Assembly: GCA_963707985.1 (NCBI GenBank)
Contig: CAVPRW010000045.1
Span: forward strand, 128,001-192,000
Reading direction: 5' to 3'
Source: an uncultured Nitrospinota bacterium
Lineage (GTDB): Bacteria; Tectomicrobia; Entotheonellia; J063; CAVPRW01
Length of the DNA: 64,000 bases
Below, piece by piece: positions 31,568-42,800 of the stretch. Each line of letters begins with the position of its first letter. The first letter of the stretch is position 1. The notes beneath the pieces were generated by a model. The model did no database searches. It was given only the letters and a program-made list of their open reading frames with translations, and was not told the origin of the DNA. The translations under genes and the position numbers were made by a program.

Positions 31568-32752
31568 ATGACGTCTGCACTTGATGGCGTGATGGTGTTG
31601 GACCTTTCTCGGGTCCTGGCTGGCCCATTCTGTAGCATGATGTTGGCTGACATGGGGGCCGATGTCCTCAAGATCGAGGAGCCGGAAGGGGGCGACGAAT
31701 CCCGCACCTGGCCGCCTTTCGTCGCGGGAGAAGCATCGGGCTATTTAAGCATGAACCGCAATAAACGCAATATGACGTTGAATCTGAAAACCCCGGAGGC
31801 TCAGGACATCCTCAAGCAGTTGGTCGGACGTGCGGATGTCCTTGTCGAGAACTTTCGCACCGGCACAATGGAATCCTTTGGGCTCGGATACGAGGTCTTA
31901 CAGCCGATTAACCCACGACTCATCTATTGCGCGGTGTCGGTCTTCGGACGCTCGGGTCCATACAAGGACAAGGCGGGATATGAAGCGCTGATGCAGGCCT
32001 TCAGTGGGGTGATGAGCCTGACTGGAGAGCCGGAAGGCCCGCCGCTGCGCTGTGGTGTGTCCTTTCTCGATCTCGGCACCGGCATGATGGCGGCCTATGC
32101 CGTGATGAACGCCCTCTTCCATCGTGAACGCAGCGGTCAAGGGCAAAAGGTCGAAGTATCGCTGTTCGAGACCGCGCTGTCACTGATGTCGTACCATGCT
32201 GTGGGGTATCTGCTCACCGGCGATCTTCCGCAGCGACAGGGATCGGGGCATCCCATGATTGTGCCCTACCAAGTTTTTCCAACGCAGGATGGTGAGATCT
32301 TCATCGTGGGCTCCAATCAGCGCCTCTGGATACGGCTCTGCCAGGCGCTCAGCCGCGAAGATCTGCTCCAAGACCCACGGTTTGACTCCAACCAAGAACG
32401 CGTCAAACATCGCCACCTCCTCGTGCCCATGTTGCAGGCCGAAACGCAGAAATATCCGACGGCTGTGTTGAGCGCCAGATTGGACGACTCCGGTGTGCCA
32501 TGTGCGCCGGTAAACACCCTCGACCATGTCCTCAACGATCCCCAAACACAGGCGCGAGAGATGATCGTCGATGTCCCCCATCCGCTCATCCCCGATCTCA
32601 AGCTCCTCGGACTGCCGATCAAGCTCGGCGACACTCCCGGCAGTTTACGTTTACCCCCGCCGCTCAAGGGACAACACACCGAAGAAGTATTGATTGAGTT
32701 AGGTTATCGCACCGCGGACATCACTGCCTTGCGCGCTCGGCAGGTGATTTGA
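31568..32752 (+). CDS. CaiB/BaiF class III CoA-transferase
   Basis: LDLSRVLAGP, NRNKR, ENFRTG. Confidence 0.9.
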   Translation: MTSALDGVMVLDLSRVLAGPFCSMMLADMGADVLKIEEPEGGDESRTWPPFVAGEASGYLSMNRNKRNMTLNLKTPEAQDILKQLVGRADVLVENFRTGTMESFGLGYEVLQPINPRLIYCAVSVFGRSGPYKDKAGYEALMQAFSGVMSLTGEPEGPPLRCGVSFLDLGTGMMAAYAVMNALFHRERSGQGQKVEVSLFETALSLMSYHAVGYLLTGDLPQRQGSGHPMIVPYQVFPTQDGEIFIVGSNQRLWIRLCQALSREDLLQDPRFDSNQERVKHRHLLVPMLQAETQKYPTAVLSARLDDSGVPCAPVNTLDHVLNDPQTQAREMIVDVPHPLIPDLKLLGLPIKLGDTPGSLRLPPPLKGQHTEEVLIELGYRTADITALRARQVI

Positions 32753-32768
32753 ATAGGGGTGAAGAACG

Positions 32769-33437
32769 ATGACGACAGCCTTCCGTGACATATTGAAGGA
32801 TGCTGCACAGCCGATCTGGGAAGCAATCTTGGCCCATCCGTACCTTAAAGAGCTAGGGGCTGGGACGCTTGCACACGAGCGCTTCCTCTATTTCATCCGA
32901 CAGGACTATCTATATCTCTTCGAATTCGCTCGGGTTCTGTGTGTGGGAGGCAGTAAGGCTGAGGATTTGGATACACTGGAGATGTTTGCCAAACACGCGG
33001 CCAACACTGTAGCCGTCGAGCGTGTGATGCATACCGGCTTCATCCAGCGCCTGGGCCTGCAGGCTGACCAACTGCTCGACAGCGAACGTACCCCCACGAC
33101 ACAGGCATACACCAGGCACCTTCTGGCAGTTGCGCGCGAGGGGACCCTCGGTGAGATCGTCGCAGCGGTGTTGCCATGCTACTGGATCTACCTGGAGGTC
33201 GGGCGCCACCTTGCCACCGCTCAGCCCAGCGATCCGATTTATCACGACTGGATCAAGGCCTACGGCTCCGAAATTTTTACCGCATTAGTCCAGCAGCAGC
33301 TCAACCTGGTGGATCGCCTGGGAGCACGCGCCCCCGCCCTCGAGAGCCGACGCATGACCGAGCATTTCATCCAGAGCAGTCGCTACGAATACTTATTCTG
33401 GGACGATGCCTATCGACTTGTGGCCTGGCCAGTATAA
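32769..33437 (+). CDS. tenA: Thiaminase II / aminopyrimidine aminohydrolase
   Basis: HPY..QDYLYL, LPCYWIY, YEYLFWD. Confidence 0.88.
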   Translation: MTTAFRDILKDAAQPIWEAILAHPYLKELGAGTLAHERFLYFIRQDYLYLFEFARVLCVGGSKAEDLDTLEMFAKHAANTVAVERVMHTGFIQRLGLQADQLLDSERTPTTQAYTRHLLAVAREGTLGEIVAAVLPCYWIYLEVGRHLATAQPSDPIYHDWIKAYGSEIFTALVQQQLNLVDRLGARAPALESRRMTEHFIQSSRYEYLFWDDAYRLVAWPV

Positions 33438-33493
33438 AAGAAGAGGTCTGAGAGAGAAAGACTTACAGGCCGGTTCAGAGTGTCGGACCGGTA

Positions 33494-34348
33494 CTATCCG
33501 AGAAGGCTTTCTAGGTAGGCGGCGAACTCTTGCTCGAAGGTCGAGAGCTCTATGCCGAACGCGGCCTGAAAAGTCTCGATGAGGTCCGTAGCATGGGGCA
33601 TACGGCGAAAGTAATCTAGGATCGCTGCTAGACCCCGCTGCTCGATGAGCAGGTCTGTGGCGAGAAACGCCTGAGCATATGGCATGGCGCTACCATATCT
33701 GGCGTTCAGAGCCTGCCATTCCTGGACGGTGATCATCTGCGACAAGGGAGTCAGCTCACGCTCCTGCCTGACCTGGGAAATTTTTAAGTCTTTTCGACGG
33801 CTAACGGTGTCCAGGCCAAGAGCTGCTATCACCTGATAGCCTACCCAGTCGGCAAACCCCTCGATGAGCCATAAATCACCGGTGAGCTTCCCTTCGGCGA
33901 GTTCGTATTGGACGACGTGGGTGAGTTCATGGGCGAGTACATGGATGCGCTCGGGCCACTTGAGACCGTCTAGAATCTCGTTATTGACCAGGAATCGCTT
34001 GCCTTCCTTGGTCTGGCGAATACGCCCGAGGGCCGTTTTTGAGATAGCGCGGGCCATGGTAGGGTCGGTATGGAATTGGTCGATCAGTCCTTGAGCAAAA
34101 GCCTCGCGGTAGGGATAGAAATACAGAGTGACAGAGGTTCTGGGGACCGGCATCTGCAGATCTTCCGTCATGACCGATACAATGGCATCCGTGGCGTCCT
34201 GGTAATTGCTGATCTGTGCCACCACAGGCCGGGAGACCCCTGGCATCACCGTAAGCCGAACTTCGCGCGGCACTGCGGTGCATCCGGCCAGGATCGTCGC
34301 GATGACGAAGCCGAGTCCTCTGATCACATACCCACGAACGCTATGCAT
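33494..34348 (-). CDS. Lipoprotein with zincin (peptidase MA-like) motif
   Basis: Lipobox LAGC; AHELTH..WLIEGFA. Confidence 0.7.
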   Translation of the reverse strand: MHSVRGYVIRGLGFVIATILAGCTAVPREVRLTVMPGVSRPVVAQISNYQDATDAIVSVMTEDLQMPVPRTSVTLYFYPYREAFAQGLIDQFHTDPTMARAISKTALGRIRQTKEGKRFLVNNEILDGLKWPERIHVLAHELTHVVQYELAEGKLTGDLWLIEGFADWVGYQVIAALGLDTVSRRKDLKISQVRQERELTPLSQMITVQEWQALNARYGSAMPYAQAFLATDLLIEQRGLAAILDYFRRMPHATDLIETFQAAFGIELSTFEQEFAAYLESLLG

Positions 34349-34405
34349 AGCCGATTGCCGAGTCTCTCTTGCATGCTTCTGACGCTGCCGTCTATCAGGC
34401 TCATG

Positions 34406-34987
34406 CTAGCGTGCCGCCGTTGCGGCGCCGCTGTCCATCTTCTGGCCCTTCTGTCCAGCAACCAGCACGTACCAGTAGCGGTGTGTCTCGTCTGTGGTCA
34501 CCGCCATGCCGAAGAACTGTGCCCGTGGATCGACGATGACACTCCATAGCTCATTTTCGGCACGCAGGGCTTCTATGAGGCGAAAGCCAAACGTCGCTAT
34601 AATTTCGCCTGCTTGCCAGACGGTGCTATGCCAGATCGCGCTGACGGTCGTCCAGGCTTCCAGTCCCGTATCCTTGCTGCGCAGCTCGCGGTCAATGCCC
34701 TGGTCCATCACGTTTGCTCGGCGGTGGGATGCACATAAGTCCTGGGCCAACGTGGCCAGCGACTCATCGGGAAGATAATAGTACAAGGCTGCAACCCCAC
34801 GCTCGAAATGCATCAACTCGGTGAGTTTGGCGGCCAGTTCCGACGCCGCTGGTGGAGCGGTGATCGCGGTTGTTGTGGCGGTCTGCCGCTGCCATGGCCA
34901 CAGGCGAAACATTCGGTTCCGAGACTCAGTCATGGTCTTACCTCGTGCAATCTCCTGCATGTCCGCAGGCCTGGACATCGGCTTCAA
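34406..34987 (-). CDS. Hypothetical protein, degenerate CAP/SCP-like; start uncertain
   Basis: AGEIIA..FGMAV..RYWYV pattern. Confidence 0.45.
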   Translation of the reverse strand: MKPMSRPADMQEIARGKTMTESRNRMFRLWPWQRQTATTTAITAPPAASELAAKLTELMHFERGVAALYYYLPDESLATLAQDLCASHRRANVMDQGIDRELRSKDTGLEAWTTVSAIWHSTVWQAGEIIATFGFRLIEALRAENELWSVIVDPRAQFFGMAVTTDETHRYWYVLVAGQKGQKMDSGAATAAR

Positions 34988-35136
34988 GCCGTCCTGGTCC
35001 TGCTAGCTACTTCTTGTAACATAGTGGTTCCAAGATCGCAAAGGCAAAAGGCTGGGCCTTGTCCCGCTTATTGAAGCATGATAGGATAACGCCAAGACTC
35101 AGGGATGTCTATGCTGCCAGAAAGCGATGGACGGAC

Positions 35137-35775
35137 ATGCCGGTCCGAAACTCAGCCATGCCTCAGAAAGTCACACACTCGTGTATCCTTGGCCTCGATT
35201 TAGCGGGGTCGCCGCGACGGCCGACAGGGTTCTGTGTCCTCAGGGGGCGTCGGGTGACGGTCGGACATCTGTTCGGCGATGACGACATTTTCGCGACGGT
35301 CGACACGGTGGCGCCACACCTCATTGCCATCGATGCCCCATTGGGGTTACCTGCTGGGCGATGTTGCCTGCTGAATACCTGCGCCTGTGCAGGAACCACG
35401 CATTTTCGAGCATCCGACCATGAGTTGCGCCGTATGGGCATCCGATTCTTTCCGATCACCCTCGGTCCGATGCGGCAGCTGACGCAACGCGGTATACGCC
35501 TGAAATCTGTATTCGAAAGCAGCGGATTCGAGGTTATCGAAACCTACCCTGGTGGGGCGCAAGATATCTGGGGTATCCCACGCCAGCGTGATGTGGTGGG
35601 TCTCCGACGTGGGTTGTCTCGCTTCCGGCTACAAGGGCTCCAACGGTCCGAACCATCGCCGCACGTCCTGGACGCGGTTACCTGTGCACTGGTCGGTCAG
35701 CTCTATCTTCGCGGCGCCACCACGAGTCTCGGTTCTGCAGACGAAGCGCTGATGATCCTGCCGCCGTTGCCATGA
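35137..35775 (+). CDS. DUF429 family predicted nuclease; start uncertain
   Basis: LGLDLAG, IAIDAPL, IETYP, LDAVTCAL. Confidence 0.75.
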   Translation: MPVRNSAMPQKVTHSCILGLDLAGSPRRPTGFCVLRGRRVTVGHLFGDDDIFATVDTVAPHLIAIDAPLGLPAGRCCLLNTCACAGTTHFRASDHELRRMGIRFFPITLGPMRQLTQRGIRLKSVFESSGFEVIETYPGGAQDIWGIPRQRDVVGLRRGLSRFRLQGLQRSEPSPHVLDAVTCALVGQLYLRGATTSLGSADEALMILPPLP

Positions 35776-35802
35776 TCGAGCACCATCCGAAGGAGATCCA
35801 TC

Positions 35803-36963
35803 ATGCAACCACGGACCGCAGACGTCGTCATCATTGGGGCGGGGGCTATCGGCTGTAGCATTGCCTATCACCTCGGATGGCGTGGGGCGAAGAACATCGT
35901 TGTTTTGGAGCAAGAAGCAGTTGGATCGGGTACCACGAGCAAAGCGGCAGGGGGGATTCGCGTCCAGTTTCCTACCGAAATCGAGATTGCTTTTTCAATG
36001 GAGAGTCTGGCCTTCTTTAAAGGTTTTCACGAGCATATGGGTGTCAATCCACATCTGCGGCAGGTAGGCTACCTCTTTCTCCTCGGTAGCGCACAGGATG
36101 TCGAACAGTACACCCAGCAGATCGCCTTGCAGCGTCAGTATGGTCTGGATGTACGGTTGCTCACACCCCAAGATGCCAAGGCCATCGTGCCGCAATTGCG
36201 CGTCGATGATCTGCTGGCGGCCGTCTATTCTCCGCAGGATGGATACGCTGATCCGCATACCGTTGTGCAAGGATACGCCACTAGGGCACGTGAATGCGGC
36301 GTGAAGATTTTGGAACAGACCGAGGTGACCGGAATTCGGTTAGAGGGCGATCGTGTGGTCGGCGTTGACACCACCAGCGGTGCCATCGACACGCGATTGG
36401 TCGTCAATGCCGCTGGACCGTGGGCCACGCGCGTGGCTGCGATGGTGGGTACGAATGTACCAGTCTATCCCCGGCGTCGGCATATTTTCGTGACCGAGCC
36501 CTTCAGTGACTTCGTTAATCCGTCCCCACTGGTCATCGACCGTACAACTGGATTCTACTGCCGGACTGAAGGTCGCAGTATTCTTATGAGCCCCGGTGAC
36601 GCACAGGCGGTGCAGGGCTATAAGGTGACGATCGATTGGAGCATGGCCGAGGAGACCGCCCGCAAGGCTGTGCAACGCATCCCGGTTCTCGAACAAGCAG
36701 GCATCATGAGTGGGTGGGCCGGACTGCGTCCGCTGACGCCGGATGAGCATGCCATCATCGATTATCTCCCCGGCGTTGAAGGTATGCTGTGCGCTGTAGG
36801 CTTCTGCGGCCATGGTTTTCAGCATTCGCCGGCTGCCGGGAAAGTGATTACAGAGATGGTCCTCGATGGCAAACCTTCGCGGGATATCTCGGCTCTGAGC
36901 TTTGACCGGTTCCAAAACACCAAAGCGCTTTCCCCGCAAGGCAAGATCCCAGAACCCGACTAG
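35803..36963 (+). CDS. FAD-dependent oxidoreductase (DAO / sarcosine oxidase beta-like)
   Basis: IIGAGAIG, VVNAAGPW, WAGLRPLTPD, GHGFQHSPA. Confidence 0.88.
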   Translation: MQPRTADVVIIGAGAIGCSIAYHLGWRGAKNIVVLEQEAVGSGTTSKAAGGIRVQFPTEIEIAFSMESLAFFKGFHEHMGVNPHLRQVGYLFLLGSAQDVEQYTQQIALQRQYGLDVRLLTPQDAKAIVPQLRVDDLLAAVYSPQDGYADPHTVVQGYATRARECGVKILEQTEVTGIRLEGDRVVGVDTTSGAIDTRLVVNAAGPWATRVAAMVGTNVPVYPRRRHIFVTEPFSDFVNPSPLVIDRTTGFYCRTEGRSILMSPGDAQAVQGYKVTIDWSMAEETARKAVQRIPVLEQAGIMSGWAGLRPLTPDEHAIIDYLPGVEGMLCAVGFCGHGFQHSPAAGKVITEMVLDGKPSRDISALSFDRFQNTKALSPQGKIPEPD

Positions 36964-37176
36964 TCCCCGGATGAGGCTTATGACCGAGCACCGTATATTA
37001 CGACACATTATCAAGATGTTCGATGAATTTCACAGCACCCGCAAAATGCCCCCACATCTGCAACGCTAACGATGCATGCACTTCTTGACATCTCCGCCTT
37101 TCCCCCACTCCCACTGGGCGTGAGGGAAAGGCGGAGGGTAAGCAAGGAGCAATCAAGCGATCTGACGACAACCTTT

Positions 37177-39057
37177 CTATTGCAGCTCGGGTAAAATCTG
37201 CACCAGTGCCTCATGCTTGCCGTTGGCGTGCCCATTGCTATGGCTATCGCCACAGCCACAGCTTCCACCCGGGCCGCCGCCTTCGCTCGAGCAGCAACTC
37301 CCTGTACTCACTGGAGCCGCGGTGGCGATTATCGCCTCGCTTTTCTTGCGCTCGGCGACGCGGACATCCTTGGTGATCTTGTCGATATTCTCGGTATAGG
37401 TCACAGCTCCTTGATTTTTCCACTGATCCATCGACATGGCGAACTTCTTCTCCACCTTCTCACGGTATACTGGCCCCGAGTTATAGGTGCAGAAAGGATA
37501 TATGAGGCCGTTTGGAGCGGAGTAGTGGATGATGCAACGCTTGACACGCTCCACTTCATAGTTGTAGGAGTCCATGAAGTGCATGCCGCAGGCCATGAAC
37601 AGCTCATCGCCCTTGCTCCGTCTGCTGCCATTCTCCGGCCGACCTTCGACCAGCTCTTTCAGGAGCTTCAAGAAATGGCTGAAGGTCATCCCCTCTGGTG
37701 CCTTGTCGGCATTCCAGAATCGCCGCAAATTGGCCAGTAACTTGGCGATGGCTAGTGTCGGCGAGCTGGATTGATTGACCTTACCCGCCAAGGCATCAAT
37801 GGCGCGCAGGAAGCCAGGCAGGTCGATGAAACGAGTGATCGGCGTCGCACCCCCATGTTTATCGATATACAGGTACGTCCCCTGGCCACAATGGGAGTGG
37901 CAGCTAAAGTTCACAGCCGAGCCATCACCTTTGAGGGCATTGAACAGCTTCGCGAATGGCGATGTACAGGGGATTGGGAACCAATCCTGGTGTGCTTCGG
38001 CAAGCCCGGTTTGCGCTTCGATATCGTGGGCCAGATCGGGTAACGTATAGCGCATCTTCTCGCGCATGCGTTGAGCGATGCGGCCGGTGAAGGTGACCGG
38101 TTGGAAAGCCACCCCTGAGACAGTGTCACAGTGCTCGATACCGAACTTCAAAATCTCGCCCACTTGCTGATTGTTCACGCCGCGCACCACCGTGCAGACC
38201 AGCACCACGTAAAGATCTGCCTTGCCGGCATTCTCAATGGCCTGCAATTTCTTCTTGAAGAGCGACTCCCCGCGTGTCTTCTTGTAGATGGCATCCACCA
38301 TGCCGTCGAATTGCAGATAGATTCCATCCAACCCTGCCTCTTTAGCACGGAAGGCGAAGTCCTGATCGGTGAAGGCGATGCCGTTACTGGCCACCTGTAC
38401 CCAGGAAATCCCTAGGTCTTTGGCGAGCTTGCAGGCCTCGATGAAATGCGGGTAGATTGTCGGCTCACCGCCGGAGAACTGGATGATGTGACCGGGGGTT
38501 GGCCGCTCTGCCCGATAGTTCAGGATCATCTGCCGCACCTGGTCTAGCGTGGGTTGGTACACGTAACCCGCGGCATTGGCATTGGCGAAGCAGACGGGGC
38601 AGGTTAAGTTACAGCGGTTGGTGAGGTCGAGATTACCGACGCCTGTATGGCTGGTGTGCATGTTACACAGGCCACATTGTTGCGGGCACTTTGTAGCATA
38701 GGGCACACGGGGGTTGCTGAGACCTCTATTGTCCCCGAAGGAGAACTTCTCGGCCTGCAAAAACATCTCTACGTCAGACCAGTACAGCTCTTTAAAGTAA
38801 CCATGCTCGGGACAGGTCTTTTCCATAAAGACCTTCCCGTCTTCCTCGAACATCCGCGCCGGGATACACCGCGTCTTGTCGCACTCTGGACAGAGAGATT
38901 CAACGATTTTTGGAAGGCCCTTGGTGGTTGGAGGAATAGGAGTTCCGTTATATGTTGCTTCAGCTTGTTCGGGCGTATAGGAATCATCCAGTGCTGGCCA
39001 CACCGTGTTGAGCATGTGGTTCTTCAGCGTTTCCAGAAACGGCGACAGAGGATTCAT
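37177..39057 (-). CDS. Radical SAM protein of the tetraether lipid synthase (Tes/GDGT-MAS, MJ0619) family
   Basis: SLCPEC..CPEHG, CPQQCGLCNMH, CNLTCPVC, FSGGEPT, FQPVTFTGR, CHSHC, MHFMDSYN..RCIIHY..PFCTYN. Confidence 0.8.
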   Translation of the reverse strand: MNPLSPFLETLKNHMLNTVWPALDDSYTPEQAEATYNGTPIPPTTKGLPKIVESLCPECDKTRCIPARMFEEDGKVFMEKTCPEHGYFKELYWSDVEMFLQAEKFSFGDNRGLSNPRVPYATKCPQQCGLCNMHTSHTGVGNLDLTNRCNLTCPVCFANANAAGYVYQPTLDQVRQMILNYRAERPTPGHIIQFSGGEPTIYPHFIEACKLAKDLGISWVQVASNGIAFTDQDFAFRAKEAGLDGIYLQFDGMVDAIYKKTRGESLFKKKLQAIENAGKADLYVVLVCTVVRGVNNQQVGEILKFGIEHCDTVSGVAFQPVTFTGRIAQRMREKMRYTLPDLAHDIEAQTGLAEAHQDWFPIPCTSPFAKLFNALKGDGSAVNFSCHSHCGQGTYLYIDKHGGATPITRFIDLPGFLRAIDALAGKVNQSSSPTLAIAKLLANLRRFWNADKAPEGMTFSHFLKLLKELVEGRPENGSRRSKGDELFMACGMHFMDSYNYEVERVKRCIIHYSAPNGLIYPFCTYNSGPVYREKVEKKFAMSMDQWKNQGAVTYTENIDKITKDVRVAERKKSEAIIATAAPVSTGSCCSSEGGGPGGSCGCGDSHSNGHANGKHEALVQILPELQ

Positions 39058-39252
39058 GCTCGCTCCTCCCCTCGGATCAGCGGTTCTTGAGAAGACTGCA
39101 CACCTTACCCTCCCGCACGCAAGGCCCATCCCAGCTTACGCTCCCGGTACCAACAGGCACAACTCTCCTTTCGGTAACCTGCTCGTCTTTACCGTGGAGA
39201 ACAGTTTAGCTAGATGATATGGGGTTCATCTCTAAACCCCATACAGACTCCC

Positions 39253-39268
39253 AGCAATGCGCATGCCA
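39253..39268 (-). promoter_or_regulatory. Sigma54 -24/-12 promoter upstream of the tes-like gene
   Basis: Minus strand TGGCATGCGCATTGCT with exact GG-N10-GC spacing. Confidence 0.7.
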
Positions 39269-39463
39269 GACCTGCAATCAGCCCATCGTGCACAGCCAAA
39301 ACGCCATCCGTCAAGGCTCGCACGGATTCCAGTCAACCCCATGCCCGACACGCCTACGTCCCCAAGTGATACGATTCTATCCAACGAGACGTCAGCTTTC
39401 CACTAAGGCATTGTCATGTATATCATTCTCGTGAGTGGCTAATTCCTAACCACCTGGATAGTC

Positions 39464-39742
39464 TTACGGGGTATATGGAGCCAGCGCCTCGGTAAGGGCT
39501 TGGGGAACCACCGTCTTGCCCTCGTTCAATTGGGCGATGGTCGCCTCAATGATGGCCTTCGCCTCATCTTTCCGAAAGCTAGTGATAAAGCCGTCGTAAA
39601 AATGCACTCCTGCAAGCGCCCGATTGATTTCCGTCTCCCGATTATGGTCGTTCAACTCAGTAAAATAGACCACCCGATACCGACCGCTATAGGTGGTCTC
39701 ATGGTAGATCTCGAACATAATCCGATCCGTTGCGAACGCCAT
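39464..39742 (-). CDS. Small hypothetical protein (92 aa)
   Basis: Co-oriented directly downstream of the activase gene; globular-looking sequence (RIMFEIY..VVYFTEL..HFYDGFI). Confidence 0.7.
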   Translation of the reverse strand: MAFATDRIMFEIYHETTYSGRYRVVYFTELNDHNRETEINRALAGVHFYDGFITSFRKDEAKAIIEATIAQLNEGKTVVPQALTEALAPYTP

Positions 39743-39814
39743 CAGACTCTCCACAGCCAAGGGCTGCGTGCCAAGAGGAAGAAATCCTTTGCATGCAGCC
39801 CTTTAGCGCTTTCC

Positions 39815-42800
39815 TTAGTCCAGCGTCAACTGGAGCAAGCGCTCACCAGATTCCGTAGGCCCACATGAGCCAACTCCGACAAGCTCGGGGCCAATGCCAG
39901 CCGCAGCATATTGCTGGTACAGCTCCTCCCGCAACTTCTGCTCATAGGCCTGGAGACGCTCCTCGATGGTGATGCGTTTGGTCTTTTTCGCGACCATATC
40001 CTCGCGGTAACGTTTGAGGAAGTAGGTGATGGTCTCGACACGGATTTTGATCGATCCGGTCGGTTTGTTCTCATCGATATCCTTGAAGCAGAAGTACGGC
40101 GTGCCCGCATTTTCGACGATCTCCTCGACCACTGTGTAGATAGGCGCGTCGTGTCCACACTTGAAGGATGAGAGCTCCAGCGCCACCAGGTTGGGATGCC
40201 GCGCCACATACTTAGCGGCCCAGATCTTCCGGCTAGTGTTCTCGCTGTAGGAATTTTTCCAGACGTCTGAGATATCCATTGGATCTTTAATGATGCCGGC
40301 TTGCACCTCGTCGCCGAACAATTCTTCCAGAATGTCCGGGTCAATGGGTAACGAATCCTGGGCTAAGATGGGATAACCCTGTTTCTGGAACTCTTCGAGG
40401 ATCTCGTGGTTGATGCCGGGGTCATGGTGATAGGGTCGGGCCAGCAGCACGATGCCGAGCCGCTGTTCTGCCACCAGCTCGTTCAGCACCTCACGAGCCG
40501 TCCCACGCAGGATGACATTGTTAAAATAATCAAGCGCCTTATAGCCTTCCTCGATCGCTCGGGCGTTTTCCTCTTCTGACAGGCCCAGGATGTCTTTGAA
40601 CTGCTCGTACATCTGACGTGCGAACAACTGTGGCTCGGCGAGCTTCACAAAGGTGGGAAAGTACTGCACCCCCATCTCAGCAAACAGATCGCCTTCTTTG
40701 ATGAACGCGGCCTTCACGGCCTCAGGAGTGGCCGTCACTGTCGGACAGGCGCGACTATCCTGGGTGCCGTAGAGGTCTGTGGTGAGGGAATCGATCATCG
40801 GGAAGAAAATGATGTCCAGCGGTTTTTTCTTGTGATGCACGTAGAGCAGATTGTGCACGTGTGGAATGCCGACTTTACTCGGGAAACAGGGGTCGATCGC
40901 CCCGCGCTTGGCGCCTTCTTTGTAGAGGTGCTCGGAGGTGAAGTCAGAGTAGACAAGGTTCTCTGGTTTGACACCGAGAGCCTCGAAATAGGCGCTGAAA
41001 ACCGGTGTTTGCGAGTACATATTGAGCGCTCGAGGCATGCCGATGCGGATCTGCTCACGCTTTTTCATGAGCTCGATGCGAGTTTTTTGCCTCTGGGTGA
41101 ATGCGAAGCGCGGCAGTGGATCGACGACGTTCTCCGGATTGAAGGATTTGAACACGGCCTTGGCAGCGACCTCGACCAGGTTGGGATTGGAGCCCTTGAC
41201 GGCGTCCAGGCCCTTCTTGATCACACGCATGGCCTCGACATCTTCAACCAGGCCTTTCTCACAACTATTGCCGACGATGAGGCGCTTCGTACCGGGCTCC
41301 AACGGAATTTTCGACTTATATTGGACCGGCTCGTCCTCCGGGCCCGTTTGTAGATTAACCTTCACGTCGATAAAGGTTCGTAGGCACTTGTTTTTGCAGA
41401 AGTAGCAGCGTGTGTTCTCGTTGCGGTGCGTTTGATAGGTGATTTGCGCCACGGCGTCGAGCCCAATAAAACTTGTCTGACGGCCGTTTTCCCAGAGACG
41501 TACCGCTTCGATGCCAGCGCCGATGGCACCGCTCTCGCCACAATGCTCGTGCACAATGACGTTGGGCTTGATACCCTTGCCTTTGAAGCGTGATTCGATG
41601 AAATCTACCTGAGCCTTCACCGCCGCCAGGTTATTCTGCGTGCCCCCCTGCAGAATGAAATTCGTGCCGAGGGCGGACAGATTGGGAATCTGGGAGACGT
41701 ACAACCAGATGTTCTTAGGTAGCACCGCCGCCAATCCGGCCATGATCTCTTCGGGCTTCCAGCCCTGGCGCTGGAAATCCACGATATCGGATTGCATGAA
41801 CACGGCACAGCCATAGCCGAAGGTGGGCATGGCCTCGGCGCTGAAGGCGTGATCGGCGAATTCTTCCACCTTATACCCAAATCCCTCAGCAGTACCCTGC
41901 AGGAAGTAGCCGTTACCGGCAGAGCATTGGGTATTGAGTTTAAAATCCTTCACCTGGCGGTTTTTGAGGATCATCAGCTTGATGTCTTGACCGCCGACGT
42001 CGCAAATGACATCCACATCTTTGTAGAAGCGTAGCGCCGACTCTGTGTGCGCGACGGTCTCCACCAACGCCACGTCGGCCCCCAGCGTATCTTTCAAAAT
42101 ATCCTTGGCATAGCCGGTGGTGCCAACGCCGAGGATCTGTAGGGTTGCCCCCTGATCTTCTACCTGCTGGCGCAGCTTCCCGAAGACCTCGATAGTGTCC
42201 TCAATAGGGTTCCCCTTGGAAAGCTGGTAGGTCTTGACCAGGACGTTACGATCCTTGTCCAGGATGACCGCCTTGGTGGAGGTCGATCCACCATCGAGTC
42301 CGACAAAGGCCTCAACCACCTGTCCGGGCTGGAAAGTGGCCGGGATGAACTTCTGACGCCGATAGCGCTCCTTGAAAGCTTCAAGGTCTTCTGGCGTCTT
42401 GCTGAGCCCTGCAGCCCCCTTTTTCTTCTTTTCCTCCAGGCGCCCGAAGTTGATGTAGTATTCCAGGTCGGCGGTACCCTTATAAATACCCACAGAAGGC
42501 TCTTCCTGGCGGCCGAATTCGACTGCACCAATGGCCGCAAAATACTGGGCGTTTTTCGGCACCATAATAAGATCTTTTGGATCGACACCCTGTGGCAGCG
42601 GATAATTGCGTTCTTCCCAGATCTTCGGGATGTTATGCTTCCAGGCCTCGGTCATGCCCCGCACATAGGTGTTCGGCCCGCCTAGCAGCAGAACCACCGG
42701 CCGCAAGGTATTACCGCGCGTAAGCACCGCCAGGTTCTGGCCGATGATGGCCTCAAACAGCGATGCCATCAGCTCGTCCCTGGGCACACCCATTTTCTGC

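Noticed and set aside
37177..39057. Annotation as MoaA or pterin dimethyltransferase
   Set aside because: The extra N- and C-terminal metal motifs match the MJ0619 family, whose archaeal member was reassigned as a tetraether synthase; no methanopterin or Moco context is present.
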